DNA of 64,000 nucleotides from Macrostomum lignano (taxonomy: Eukaryota): contig NIVC01002279.1 in the NCBI GenBank assembly GCA_002269645.1, positions 1-64,000 on the forward strand, written 5' to 3'. A program made the position numbers and the translations under genes. Shown piece by piece: positions 49,230-60,228 of this stretch. Each line of letters begins with the position of its first letter. Positions within the stretch are counted from its first letter, which is position 1. The notes beneath the pieces are model-generated. The model did not search any database, was not told the origin of the DNA, and saw only the letters and a list, made by a program, of their open reading frames with translations.

Positions 49230-50475
49230 TGGCACCTCAGAATCGGCTCTTGAGCCTTGGCATCTCAGCACCCCCCCCCCCCTGAGCCTTGGCACCTCAG
49301 AATCGCCTCTTGAGCCTTGGCACCTCAAGAATCGCCTCTTGAGCCTTGGCATCTCAGCACCCCCTCGAGCCTTGGCACCTCAGAATCGCCTCTTGAGCCT
49401 TGGCATCTCAGCATTCCTTCTTGAGCCTTGGCACCTCAGAATCGCCTCTTGAGCCTTGGCACCTCAGCAACCCCTCGAGCCTTGGCACCTCAGAATCGCC
49501 TCTTGAGCTTTGGCATCTCAGCACCCCCCCCCCCTGAGCCTTGGCACCTCAGAATCGCCTCTTGAGCCTTGGCACCTCAAGAATCGCCTCTTGAGCCTTG
49601 GCATCTCAGCACCCCCTCGAGCCTTGGCACCTCAGAATCGCCTCTTGAGCCTTGGCATCTCAGCATTCCTTCTTGAGCCTTGGCACCTCAGAATCGCCTC
49701 TTGAGCCTTGGCACCTCAGCAACCCCTCGAGCCTTGGCACCTCAGAATCGCCTCTTGAGCCTTGGCATCTCAGCACCCCCCCCCTGAGCCTTGGCACCTC
49801 AGAATCGCCTCTTGAGCCTTGGCACCTCAAGAATCGCCTCTTGAGCCTTGGCATCTCAGCACCCCCTCGAGCCTTGGCACCTCAGAATCGCCTCTTGAGC
49901 CTTGGCATCTCAGCATTCCTTCTTGAGCCTTGGCACCTCAGAATCGCCTCTTGAGTCTTGGCACCTCAGCAACCCCTCGAGCCTTGGCACCTCAGAATCG
50001 CCTCTTGAGCCTTGGCATCTCAGCATTCCTTCTTGAGCCTTGGCACCTCAGCACCCTCTCTTGAGCCTTGGCATCTCAGCACTCCCTCTTGAGCATCGGC
50101 ATCTTAGCACCCCTCTTGAGCCTTGGCATCTCAGCATTCCCCTCGACTCTTGGCATCTCAGCACCCCCTCTTGAGCATTGGCATCTCAACACCCCCTCTT
50201 GACTTTGGCATCTCAGCACCCCTCTTGAGCCTTGGCATCTCAACACCCCCTCTTGACTTTGGCATCTCAGCACCCCCTCTTGAGCCTTGGCATCTCAACA
50301 CCCCCTCTTGACTTTGTCATCTCAGCACCCCCTCTTGACTTTGTCATCTCAGCACCCCCTCTTGAGCCTTGGCATCTCAACACCCCCTCTTGACTTTGGC
50401 ATCTCAGCACCCCTCTTGAGCCTTGGCATCTCAGCACCCCCTCTTGAGCCTTGGCATCTCAGCATTCCTTCTTGA
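49230..50475. repeat. ~28-bp minisatellite with higher-order blocks (TTGAGCCTTGGCACCTCAGAATCGCCTC)
   Basis: Starts about 150 bp upstream of the SepSecS ATG. Confidence 0.94.
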
Positions 50476-51547
50476 GCATTGGAAACTCAGCCTTTAAGGC
50501 TTAAGATCATTCAATCAGGTCAGTCTGCTTGACTTATAATTAGAGAAATATATAGAAATTTTTTTTAAACTTGCTGCCCCATCTACTTTTAGTAGCAAAA
50601 TGAACAAAGCGCTAAGCTGAACACTTGATAGAAACCAGAAATATATATAAGCTTCTAAAAAATCATGTAATTAAACTTATAACAAAGCAGTTGTCTTAAG
50701 CAACATGTTGTTTAAAGTGGTAACTGTCAAAAGAGGACTGATTAACAAGCGGGTTTTATTAACACAGTCAAGCTGTAAATAAACTGACTTTAAAGACAAT
50801 AGCTGAGATTACAGAGGGAAGCCGGAATCGGGTACAAATCCAAACCAATCTCGCATTTCCTAATTAGAATGCAATTAAACACAGAGAGGCAGGCGTACGT
50901 CTTGTATTAGTAAGAAGCTGCATAAAAAACATGTTACACTTGTAAGTAAAAAAATCGAGTGTGGAGAACAAGCTGGTGGAATTAGTGAAAAAACTCAGGT
51001 AAAAATTAAAGCTGTCGTTTCAAAAATGCTGCACAAAATTATCCAGAAAGAAGAAAGTTACAGAAGTTAATGATTAAACCAAGTTACTGTGGAAAACAAG
51101 GGTAAAAAAGCATTAGTTTGTATCAATTACAGTGTTATCAATTGAATATAAAGTAAACTACATGTAGGAATGCTAGAATTCAAGCTTTTTGTGTGAATTA
51201 GGGCTCAAGTAGCTAATGTATCTCGAGTGAGTTAGAGCTCAATGAGCAATGGATATCGAGTGAATTCTAGCATCCCCTATATTGGACAATTAAACGGCCT
51301 ACAATTTTGCATTATGTATTTCGATTTTAACAAATGTAATTTTCGAGTAGTTCGACTGCAAGGCAAGTTATGAGTAGGCAAATATTGGAAAGATCAAGTT
51401 GACTTTTGCTTCCGGCTGAAGCTTTCGTGTACGGTCATATCTATCTGTGTTTCACCAATAGTAATGATGGCCAACCCCCCGAGACACGGAGTGTGTACAA
51501 GACAATAAGAAAGTCAGGGCGGCTGTACACCCTTTAAGAGCCAATAA

Positions 51548-53898
51548 CCCGTGTGGCCATCTGATCAGGTTTTTAGCCCGGTAGGCGATCGGGATTTTTG
51601 CCCGGTTTGTAATACATTTTTTCCTATCTAAAAACCCGAAAATCCTCGGGAAAGTGGTCTCGAAAACGGACGAAGACGGCAGTTTCGTCTGGTTGTTCGT
51701 CAGGAATTTCGTAGAGGACATCAGGTATTTTCTCGGGTTTCTCTTCGGCTACTCAAACTGATGAGTACCCTGAATAAAACCCGACAAATGACCGGATGAA
51801 AGTGCAATAGCAGAACCCGGCAAATAACCGGGGCAAAATCAGACTAAAACCTAACGAAAGCGACACGACGACCCAACCGGACGAATATCTGGAGCAAAAT
51901 CAGACTAAAACCTAACGAAAGCGACACGACGACCCAACCGGACGAATATCCGGAGCAAAATCAGACTAAAACCTAACGAAAGCGACACGACGACCCAACC
52001 GGACGAATATCTGGAGCAAAATCAGACTAAAACCTAACGAAAGCGACACGACGACCCAACCGGACGAATACCCGGAGCAAAATCAGACTAAAACCTAACG
52101 AAAGCGACACGACGACCCAACCGGACGAATATCTGGAGCAAAATCAGACTAAAACCTAACGAAAGCGACACGACGACCCAACCGGACGAATATCCGGAGC
52201 AAAATCAGACTAAAACCTAACGAAAGCGACACGACGACCCAACCGGACGAATATCCGGAGCAAAATCAGACTAAAACCTAACGAAAGCGACACGACGACC
52301 CAACCGGACGAATATCCGGAGCAAAATCAGACTAAAACCTAACGAAAGCGACACGACGACCCAACCGGACGAATATCCGGAGCAAAATCAGACTAAAACC
52401 TAACGAAAGCGACACGACGACCCAACCGGACGAATATCCGGAGCAAAATCAGACTAAAACCTAACGAAAGCGACACGACGACCCAACCGGACGAATATCC
52501 GGAGCAAAATCAGACTAAAACCTAACGAAAGCGACACGACGACCCAACCGGACGAATATCCGGAGCAAAATCAGACTAAAACCTAACGAAAGCGACACGA
52601 CGACCCAACCGGACGAATATCCGGAGCAAAATCAGACTAAAACCTAACGAAAGCGACACGACGACCCAACCGGACGAATATCCGGAGCAAAATCAGACTA
52701 AAACCTAACGAAAGCGACACGACGACCCAACCGGACGAATATCCGGAGCAAAATCAGACTAAAACCTAACGAAAGCGACACGACGACCCAACCGGACGAA
52801 TACCCGGAGCAAAATCAGACTAAAACCTAACGAAAGCGACACGACGACCCAACCGGACGAATACCCGGAGCAAAATCAGACTAAAACCTAACGAAAGCGA
52901 CACGACGACCCAACCGGACGAATACCCGGAGCAAAATCAGACTAAAACCTAACGAAAGCGACACGACGATCAAACCGGACGAAAAACCCTGCATCCCTAT
53001 CAAATTGTGTCTACTCTCGGAAATATGTAGTGCCGACTTAGTAAAACATCTACAGTGCGCTTCTGTCAACGGATACCGTGAAGAGTGAAGAAGTAAGACA
53101 ATTGTCAGTGTTAATACAAAATATGTAACGTTCCATCTTGCAATTCATCAAACTGTTCCAAATCACCTACAAGATCAATATACTCCTCTGTTTTTTTATT
53201 CCAAAGATGTTGTAGAATACAGTCAGTAGGCGCATAGTCGCTAGTCATCTAGGCGCATAAATGCGGGAATTTAAAATCACTTCTGACTGGCCAAAAGTAT
53301 GTTGGAATCCCACAGTAGCATGCAGCCTTCAGAAATGTGTGCGATGACAGCATTAAAATGACAATATTTTTATTCTCAGTTTACGTGAACTACGCTCGTA
53401 ATGTAACATACGAAGACGCTCATATGGTATATATAAAGACGAGCGGAAAAAATACTGCAAGAGAACAAAACAGGAGCACATTACAGGACATACAATTACA
53501 AGAAAATCTTCATGTCAATTGTCAATTATACACTGTGTCTCCCATACCATTTTCAACCCAATCCTGAATTAAAGGCTTTCACCAGCTCTTTTCTCCGGCT
53601 CTTGTCCGGTCGAAGAACCAGAGAAAGAACCGGGCAAAATTCCAGGCGGAATTGTTATTTCATCCGCTTTTACTCCGGATTTGCCTGCGTTACTAAACTG
53701 GTTCCAAACCTGGCGAAGGACCGGGTAAAAAACCAGAGCACTCGTACGGTTTTTCCTCCGGAATTTCGCCTGGTTTAGAAAGGCAGAGAAAAACCGGATA
53801 AATTCGCCTGGTTTATGTTCTTCGCCTGGAAATGGGGCAAAAAACATAGCAAGCCAGAGCAAAACCGGGCGAAAAACCTGATCGGATGGCCACACGGG
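51548..53898. mobile_element. Non-autonomous TIR DNA transposon (CMC/EnSpm-like by termini)
   Basis: 35-bp TIR CCCGTGTGGCCATC(T/C)GATCAGGTTTTT(A/C)GCCCGGT with 2 mismatches; flanked AA/AA; no transposase. Confidence 0.75.
51835..52965. repeat. 61-bp tandem array, about 18 near-identical copies
   Basis: CAAAATCAGACTAAAACCTAACGAAAGCGACACGACGACCCAACCGGACGAATATCCGGAG. Confidence 0.97.
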
Positions 53899-54034
53899 AA
53901 AATCAGGCTGAGGGGTCAAGTACATTCCAAAGAATCTCACGAACTACAAAACTATTGGGGAATTCAAATGAAAATTGACTTATAAAGGAATATTCTTATC
54001 TATTGGATGCAACATCTAAATTGATGCGTCATAT

Positions 54035-54518
54035 TCACACCTGCACGCTAAATATGGTAAACAACGGATGACAATAAACGCCAGTCAGGTTGTACTTTAA
54101 CGAATTAAGCCCATCCGAAGTCATTCGCCGTCTAACAGCGCTAACAGACGGCCAAGGCATACTATTCACCTTAATATCGTCGGCGTGCTTCAAATTCACA
54201 TACTTGGCGCTTTGGTCCGAATAGGCGACTCGCCAATGCTTGATCCGCAACCTGACCGACAGTTCGTCGTCCTCCCGACCCCAGCCGTAGTAGAGATTCG
54301 AATTGCCATTCACCGATTCGAATTGCCGCTTAGTTACAGCTACGACGCCGCCGAAAAAATTGTGATACATCTTGCCCGGTGAGTATTTCCTGCTGGCCAA
54401 ATTCAACAGGCGGCCAATGAGGTGGCGCGGCCTGCTTCGGCTACAGGAGTAGTCGACTAGCAGAGACTCAGGCAGCTTGTCGGCGTCGTGAAAGACGAAA
54501 CAGTCACACGAATGGTAG
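54035..54518 (-). CDS. GT7 beta-1,4-galactosyltransferase / GalNAc-transferase-like exon 2
   Basis: CDCFVFHDAD (DxD), FFGGV, NGNSNLYYGWGREDDE; ccattcAG acceptor, phase 2. Confidence 0.9.
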
Positions 54519-54639
54519 CTGAATGGGTAGGAAGGCGGGGTAGAGGGGTTAGCGCCAGTTTTGTTACTCTCACTAAGGTAACAGAAAAGTTATACCAGCA
54601 GGTGCGATTACGAGCTACAGAGAAGATTGGGTAATGCGA

Positions 54640-54780
54640 GACATCAGGTGTGAGAAAATGTAGAACTCAGGTGTGGGGAAATGTAGAACTCAGGTGTGAG
54701 GAAATGTAGAACTCAGGTGTGGGGAAATGTAGAACTCAGGTGTGAGGAAATGTAGAACTCAGGTGTGGGCAAATATGGAA
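54640..54780. repeat. 23-bp minisatellite (AGGTGTGAGGAAATGTAGAACTC), GT7 intron
   Basis: About 5 copies. Confidence 0.88.
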
Positions 54781-55022
54781 CGTAAGTATGGGAAAACGTT
54801 GGAGTCAAGTGTGGGGAAAGGGGGGAAGCTAGATGTGGTGGTGAAAGCTAAGTTTGGAGAGGGATGAAAGTTGGATGTGGTAAAAAAGTGGAAACCAGGT
54901 TGGGACAGGGCCTGGTCTAACCAGATGTGACAGAGTCAGATCAATCAGGTGTTGGACAGGGTGGAAGCCAGGTTCTAGACGCAAACATACATACAAACTT
55001 TTCAGGTACTACTAGAACTCAC

Positions 55023-55618
55023 TTTTGCGACAATTTGAATCCAATATTAAGCAACTTGGCCCGATTAAAGGGCAGCTGATCATTCTGTTCAACTACGAAG
55101 ATGCCATGATTAATAGCCTGTCGTTGAAGCAGATTGTGCAAGTGTTGGACTAACAGCAGCAGATTCACTAGTCGATTACGGTAAGGCACAATAACTGCTA
55201 CGCAGGCGGTTGCAGCACCGCAGGCGGGCGGTGCCAGCCAAAAGCCGCAGCGCAACCTACCAAAGTCTACGGGCTTCGGACAGGTGGAATTCAAATCGGC
55301 CAGAGTCAGTGGAACGCAAAGACGATTCGAGGCTTGACTATCAGATCTAGGACAACTGGCAGGATCCGGACTGCTGTTATTTCTGCCAAGATAACCTGAC
55401 AATGGCATCAGGCCATTGACTTCATTGATCAGAGATACATTATTAGAACTAATAGGCGTGTCAAAATTTGACAAATTCAATAATGAACTGCCAATTGTGA
55501 GCAATTTCGGCACAGTAGAATAATAGTTAGAAAGCTGATATGTGCTAAATGTGAGCAGAGCGCACAGCGTCACTGTTAGCTGGAACACTGCTGCATAGTT
55601 GCACACTCTGCCAGTCAT
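55023..55618 (-). CDS. GT7 beta-1,4-galactosyltransferase-like exon 1
   Basis: Type II N-terminal TM, stem, VAVIVPYRNR, IFVVEQ...FNRAKLLNIG; AA|GTGAGT donor. Total 1080 nt (359 aa). Confidence 0.9.
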
Positions 55619-56783
55619 TTTGACTTGGCTTGCTGTTGTATATGAGACAGGTCTGCCATTAATTAATTAAATTCAGGAAAAATAAATTAAGGTATACGTT
55701 TGTAGACTGACTATATGCACAACCATATTTTTCATTTGGTTGTAACAACCAGACTATTATCGAAAGTTGTTGAACATCAAAAGTCACTTTATGACCAATC
55801 TAGGTTTAGAAACTTGGTTTACCCTAGACCTAATCAATAGCCTCAATCTAGCAATTTTGAGCTAAATCAACCTAAATAGAGTACAAGCAGCTGCAAGAAG
55901 CCTGAGAACATAAAATTTGACTTTGCTTAGTGAGTGATATGCAACCATATAATATCTAGAAGAGATTAAACAACATTTGTTATTTTATACCAATAAATAA
56001 GCTAACATTTTAATCACTTGCAAGTTAAAAAGTTTTTCAATTATATTTGGGGCTATAGCTCTGTGGTCTGGTGCAGCACTAGGATGTGCCAGTGGCCTAA
56101 GCTTGATTCAAAGTAGAGTCAAATTAATTTGGAACTAAATTGGAATCTTGTCTTGACTTGGCTCATGCAATTTTAGCCTGTGAGGGCTAACTGCTAAATC
56201 GATTTCGTACAAACAAACAAACATACAAGATTTTCATTTTTAGTATATGGAAATAGCTTTATACTCTTTTACCAAGAACAAAACATTTTTTTGTTTTATT
56301 TGCTTTGCTACTTCTGAGTAATATACATAGCAATATATTTAGTATGTAGTAGCAAGACATAGAATAGAACACAGCTAACAAGATGACTGCTTAACATATT
56401 ACCCACCATAGTCAGGATCATATTATATATAGGTACCAGAAGTTACCCAAAAATATTTTTGATTGTGCGCCAAGCATCCTAGGCAAAATACACTAGTGTG
56501 CCACTGGTTGTCTAAATTTTTTTGCCCCTAGCTTACTCCAGCATTGATGGAAACATTTATATAAACTAAAAAATTACAAACATTTTCTTGGTAAAGCTGC
56601 TATCCTTTATATATTTATGAGTGCAATGTATTTGCAAAAGAATTGGTAAACTATGTACTTACAACTTTATAGTACATTAGTTATATCATTATTTTTTAGA
56701 TACTTAAATTTTTATAACTTAAACATATTTTTTGTGCTTATACCGACAATAGTGGCATGGTATAGCCTCTTCTAAGTTCTAGG

Positions 56784-59700
56784 CACAGACCAAGAAGTAT
56801 CTAGACTGCGCAAGCCCCATTCCCTGCCTTGGCATGTTTTTTTGACAAAAACGCTATGGAAAAAATGGTCCCTTGCTCCTGCCAAAAAAAAATCAATAGT
56901 ATGTGAAGGTGAGGGGGAACAGGATAGTGGGTACAGAGCATTTTACTGGTCCTTATGGTTTCTAACCCACCTTTTATATGCATTCGAATAAGCCATTCTC
57001 TTGGTGCTAAAACAACACAAAATTTACCTATCTACTAGAATCAAACTGATTTAATTCAAGCAACTTTGTATCAAGCAATAGAAGAAGTTAATTCCTCCAA
57101 GCCATTGAAGACTCCAAAATGTGGCAGCTATTGCAGTGCTTTTGGTTGCACGAATAGCGCAGCTTCAACTTCTGGAGTCTCCTTCCATTCCTTTCCCAAG
57201 GACAATGAGACGAAGAAGAAGTGGGTTGCAGCACTGAGGCAAAAAGACTTCAAACTGTCAAAAAGTTCAAAAGTCTGCTCAGAACACTTTTCTGAGTCTT
57301 GTTTCAAGGAGCAGTTTGAAGGCTTCTTGCCCAACGCCAGAAGAAGACTGTATCTGCACGCTGTTCCTTCAATCTTTCCTGTGTTTCCGGAACATCTGCA
57401 GCCAGCTGAGAAGAAGAGACAGACAATCACAGCAGCCGCGGCCACTTGAGAAGTTGATTTTGAAATATTTCAGGCACCTCAAGTAGGCAGCAAGACAAAA
57501 TCTGATTTGGAAGCCATTACTATCAATGACGATCTTCCTCAGCTAGACCTTCATGCCAACTGTGTAAGCAGGGAAGATTTCAATACAAAGGTAAAAGCTT
57601 TGAAAAATCTGAGGTGCAGGTACAATAGGCTTCTAGCGGCTCATGCCAAGTCCAAGAAGGGTACGAAAGCTATTGAAATCTTACAGCATTCTCTTCGAAA
57701 CAAGTACCACAAAATTTGATCATTGCGCTCAAAGCATAGGCAAATTAAGCGAAGAGCGAGAACCCTGAAGGAGGCAATCGGAGAGTTGAGGAAAAAGAGC
57801 ATTCTGAATGAAGCAGCTGCGTCGTGCCTTAATTTTTTGACCTCGAATTCTTTGATTAGCAGCATTTTGCCTCAAAGCAATAAGCGGACAAGAAAGTTTT
57901 CTACTGAAGTGCAAAAATTTGCGTCCACCTTGCGCTTCTACAGCCCCAAAGCCTATGAATATGTCAGAAAGTATTTTCAGCTTCTGCACCCTGCATCTCT
58001 TCGTAGATGGATTTCAAACGCTAAATGCTTTCCTGGATTTTGTGATCAGGCTTTCCAAGAACTTTCTCATTGATGCAGCTCCGACGATGGCACTGCCTTT
58101 GACTACTGCAATGTAGTGGCTGATGAAATGTCATTGGAATCAATGATTGAATGGAATTCGAATGAAGGCATGTTCTTTGGCTATGTTGACAAAGGAGATG
58201 GCAAGGCAAGTGAGCAGGAGGCGACATTGGCATTGGTAGTGATGGCTATAGGTCTGAAGAACTATTGGAAGTTGCCATTGGGTTATTTTCTAGTAAATGG
58301 TATGGATGGTGAATTTTTGTCTAGTGTTGTAGAAGAATCAATTCAGAGGCTTTATCAGGTTGGCGTTGTTGCCACATCGTTCATATGCGATGGAACGCAG
58401 CACAACATTTGAGCTATTGAACTTCTTGGGGCTAAAATTAGTTCTCCGGACTCAATTGTCGCCACATTCCCTCATCCTTGTGACCCAAGCATTCAGGTTT
58501 CTGCCTTCCTCGATCCGCCTCATATGTTGAAGCTGATTTGCAATCAGTGGCAATCAATGGGCACAATAGTTTGGCCAAATAGGGGGAATATTGATTGGAA
58601 ATATGTTTCACTATTGCAGCAAGTTCAGAAGAGTCACAGGCTCAAACTGGGAAATAAACTAAGCAGGCATCACATCAACTTTGCCAATTTAAAGATGAAG
58701 GTCTATTTGGCATCCCAGCTTTTTAGTAAGTCAGTTGCTGACTCCTTGCGGTGGGTACATCAGCAAGCTTTGGCCAGATTCGAGCACCATGATGTACTTA
58801 TGATGGCAGATTTTATTGAGCACATGAATGACTTGTTCAATGCCTTTAACTCCAAGCGACTAGTAAATTACAGGGCCAAAATGGCTCTAAGAGCTGACAA
58901 CCAGTCGGACTTTATTGACTTCTTTACTGACTCAATTAAGCTTCTCGGAAGTCTTGAAAATTTGTCTGGATGCAAAATTGTTGAAACTGCAAAGAAAACA
59001 GGCTTTCTCAGCTTCATGGTGAATTCTGAGGCTGTTATGGCCCTTGCCAAGTATTTTTTCAAGTTGTGGTTTTTTCTTTCTTTGCACTTTTAAGTTGTTA
59101 TTTTGAGTTATTTTTTAATGCCGTCAGACTTTGAAATGGCTAGAATCACAATCAGACTCCAAGACAGTTTTGCTCAGCCTTTAGACAGTTACTAGTGCAC
59201 GCTGGAGGTGGAATTCTCCAATCGACTAGTCCCAATATTAAGCAACAGGATGCCACTATTCAGTTGTCATTATCTTGTCTGCCTTTGTCACAATTAACAG
59301 AGGCAGGAAAACCTCAATGGAAGCAGATAAGTGCTCAGAACAGTTTGGGTTTAAGCCTTAATTCCATTCAACGTTGTGTGAATGCATCAAAATGCAAAGT
59401 ATGCCAGTCGATTGTGTATTACATTGCAGGCGCAGTGGTCCATAGTATGCTTAAATCAATTGAATGTGTGCTCTGCAGATCAGCACTCATTTCCAGCACT
59501 GAAATGTCAGCGGCTGCACGGTTGCCCTGCTCTCTTGTCACCATGAAAAATGTGCTAAATAAAGAAGTGACTGGGGGGTTGATTTTTCCAAGCAACAATG
59601 TCTTGCAAGTTTTGCTTCATGCCAAAACAATCATTCGACGTTCAAACTTTCTGGTGATGTGGCTGTCCAAGAGATGTTGCACATGTCAGTTGATGCATTT

Positions 59701-60228
59701 CCCGAACTTGACTTGCATTCCGTGGCTGCCAGCATTGGCATTGAATCCCACAAGCTTCATTTGATTCACATCATGGCACTGCTCTACATGCGGGTTCGAA
59801 TGAAGAAGGTGGTGAAAGACCTTTCATGTCCCAGAAGAAAATCAGGAAAGAGACAAAAGCTTCTACGAACAGCAGTATTTCTTAATCTGTAGTTTAGCCT
59901 ATTCTAGTGGATACCTGGTAAGTTGAACTCATTATTTTGATTCTGCAAGTTTTTATACAGGCAAGCTTTAATTAAATTAAAAGTCTTTAGAAAGAATCTC
60001 TTGAAAAATATTTATAAATGAGTCTAAAAAGCTATGATAATATTTTTTGTTGTTGTTGTGCCCTGTAGGAACCAAAAAGTAGACGAGTAGGAATGGTTTA
60101 GGAAAGGAAATTATTTACCCACTATCGACCGCGGAGGGGGGGGTTGGCTGGGTGCCATTTTTATAACTGGGAAAGAGGCACACTTTTTTACTCTCCATGC
60201 GCAGTCTAGTCTTACTTATTGGTCTGTG
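56784..60228 (+). mobile_element. Full-length P-element-superfamily transposon (THAP9-like transposase pseudogene ~57119-59892)
   Basis: 8-bp TSD GTTCTAGG at 56776-56783 and 60229-60236. TIR CACAGACCAA(G/T)AAGTA..CTAGACTGCGCA. THAP (CSAFGC, FHSFP, VCSEHF, AVPSIF), DEM, DPPHMLK, KMKVYLASQLFSKSVA and YIAG...CVLC motifs; multiple stops. Confidence 0.95.

Noticed and set aside
51740-51800. Hammerhead ribozyme core (CTGATGAG)
   Set aside because: No properly placed GAAA with flanking stems; the other CTGATGAG near 40080 is antisense SepSecS coding sequence.
51835-52965. CRISPR-like appearance of regular 61-bp (and 48-bp, 60-bp) arrays
   Set aside because: Units are head-to-tail with no unique spacers, there are no cas genes, and the context is a spliceosomal eukaryote.
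57447-58412. Selenocysteine recoding of the TGA stops in the P transposase, tempting given nearby SepSecS
   Set aside because: The stops fall at Arg-like rather than Cys-like positions, later TAA/TAG stops and frameshifts exist, and no SECIS was recognised; CpG decay is simpler.
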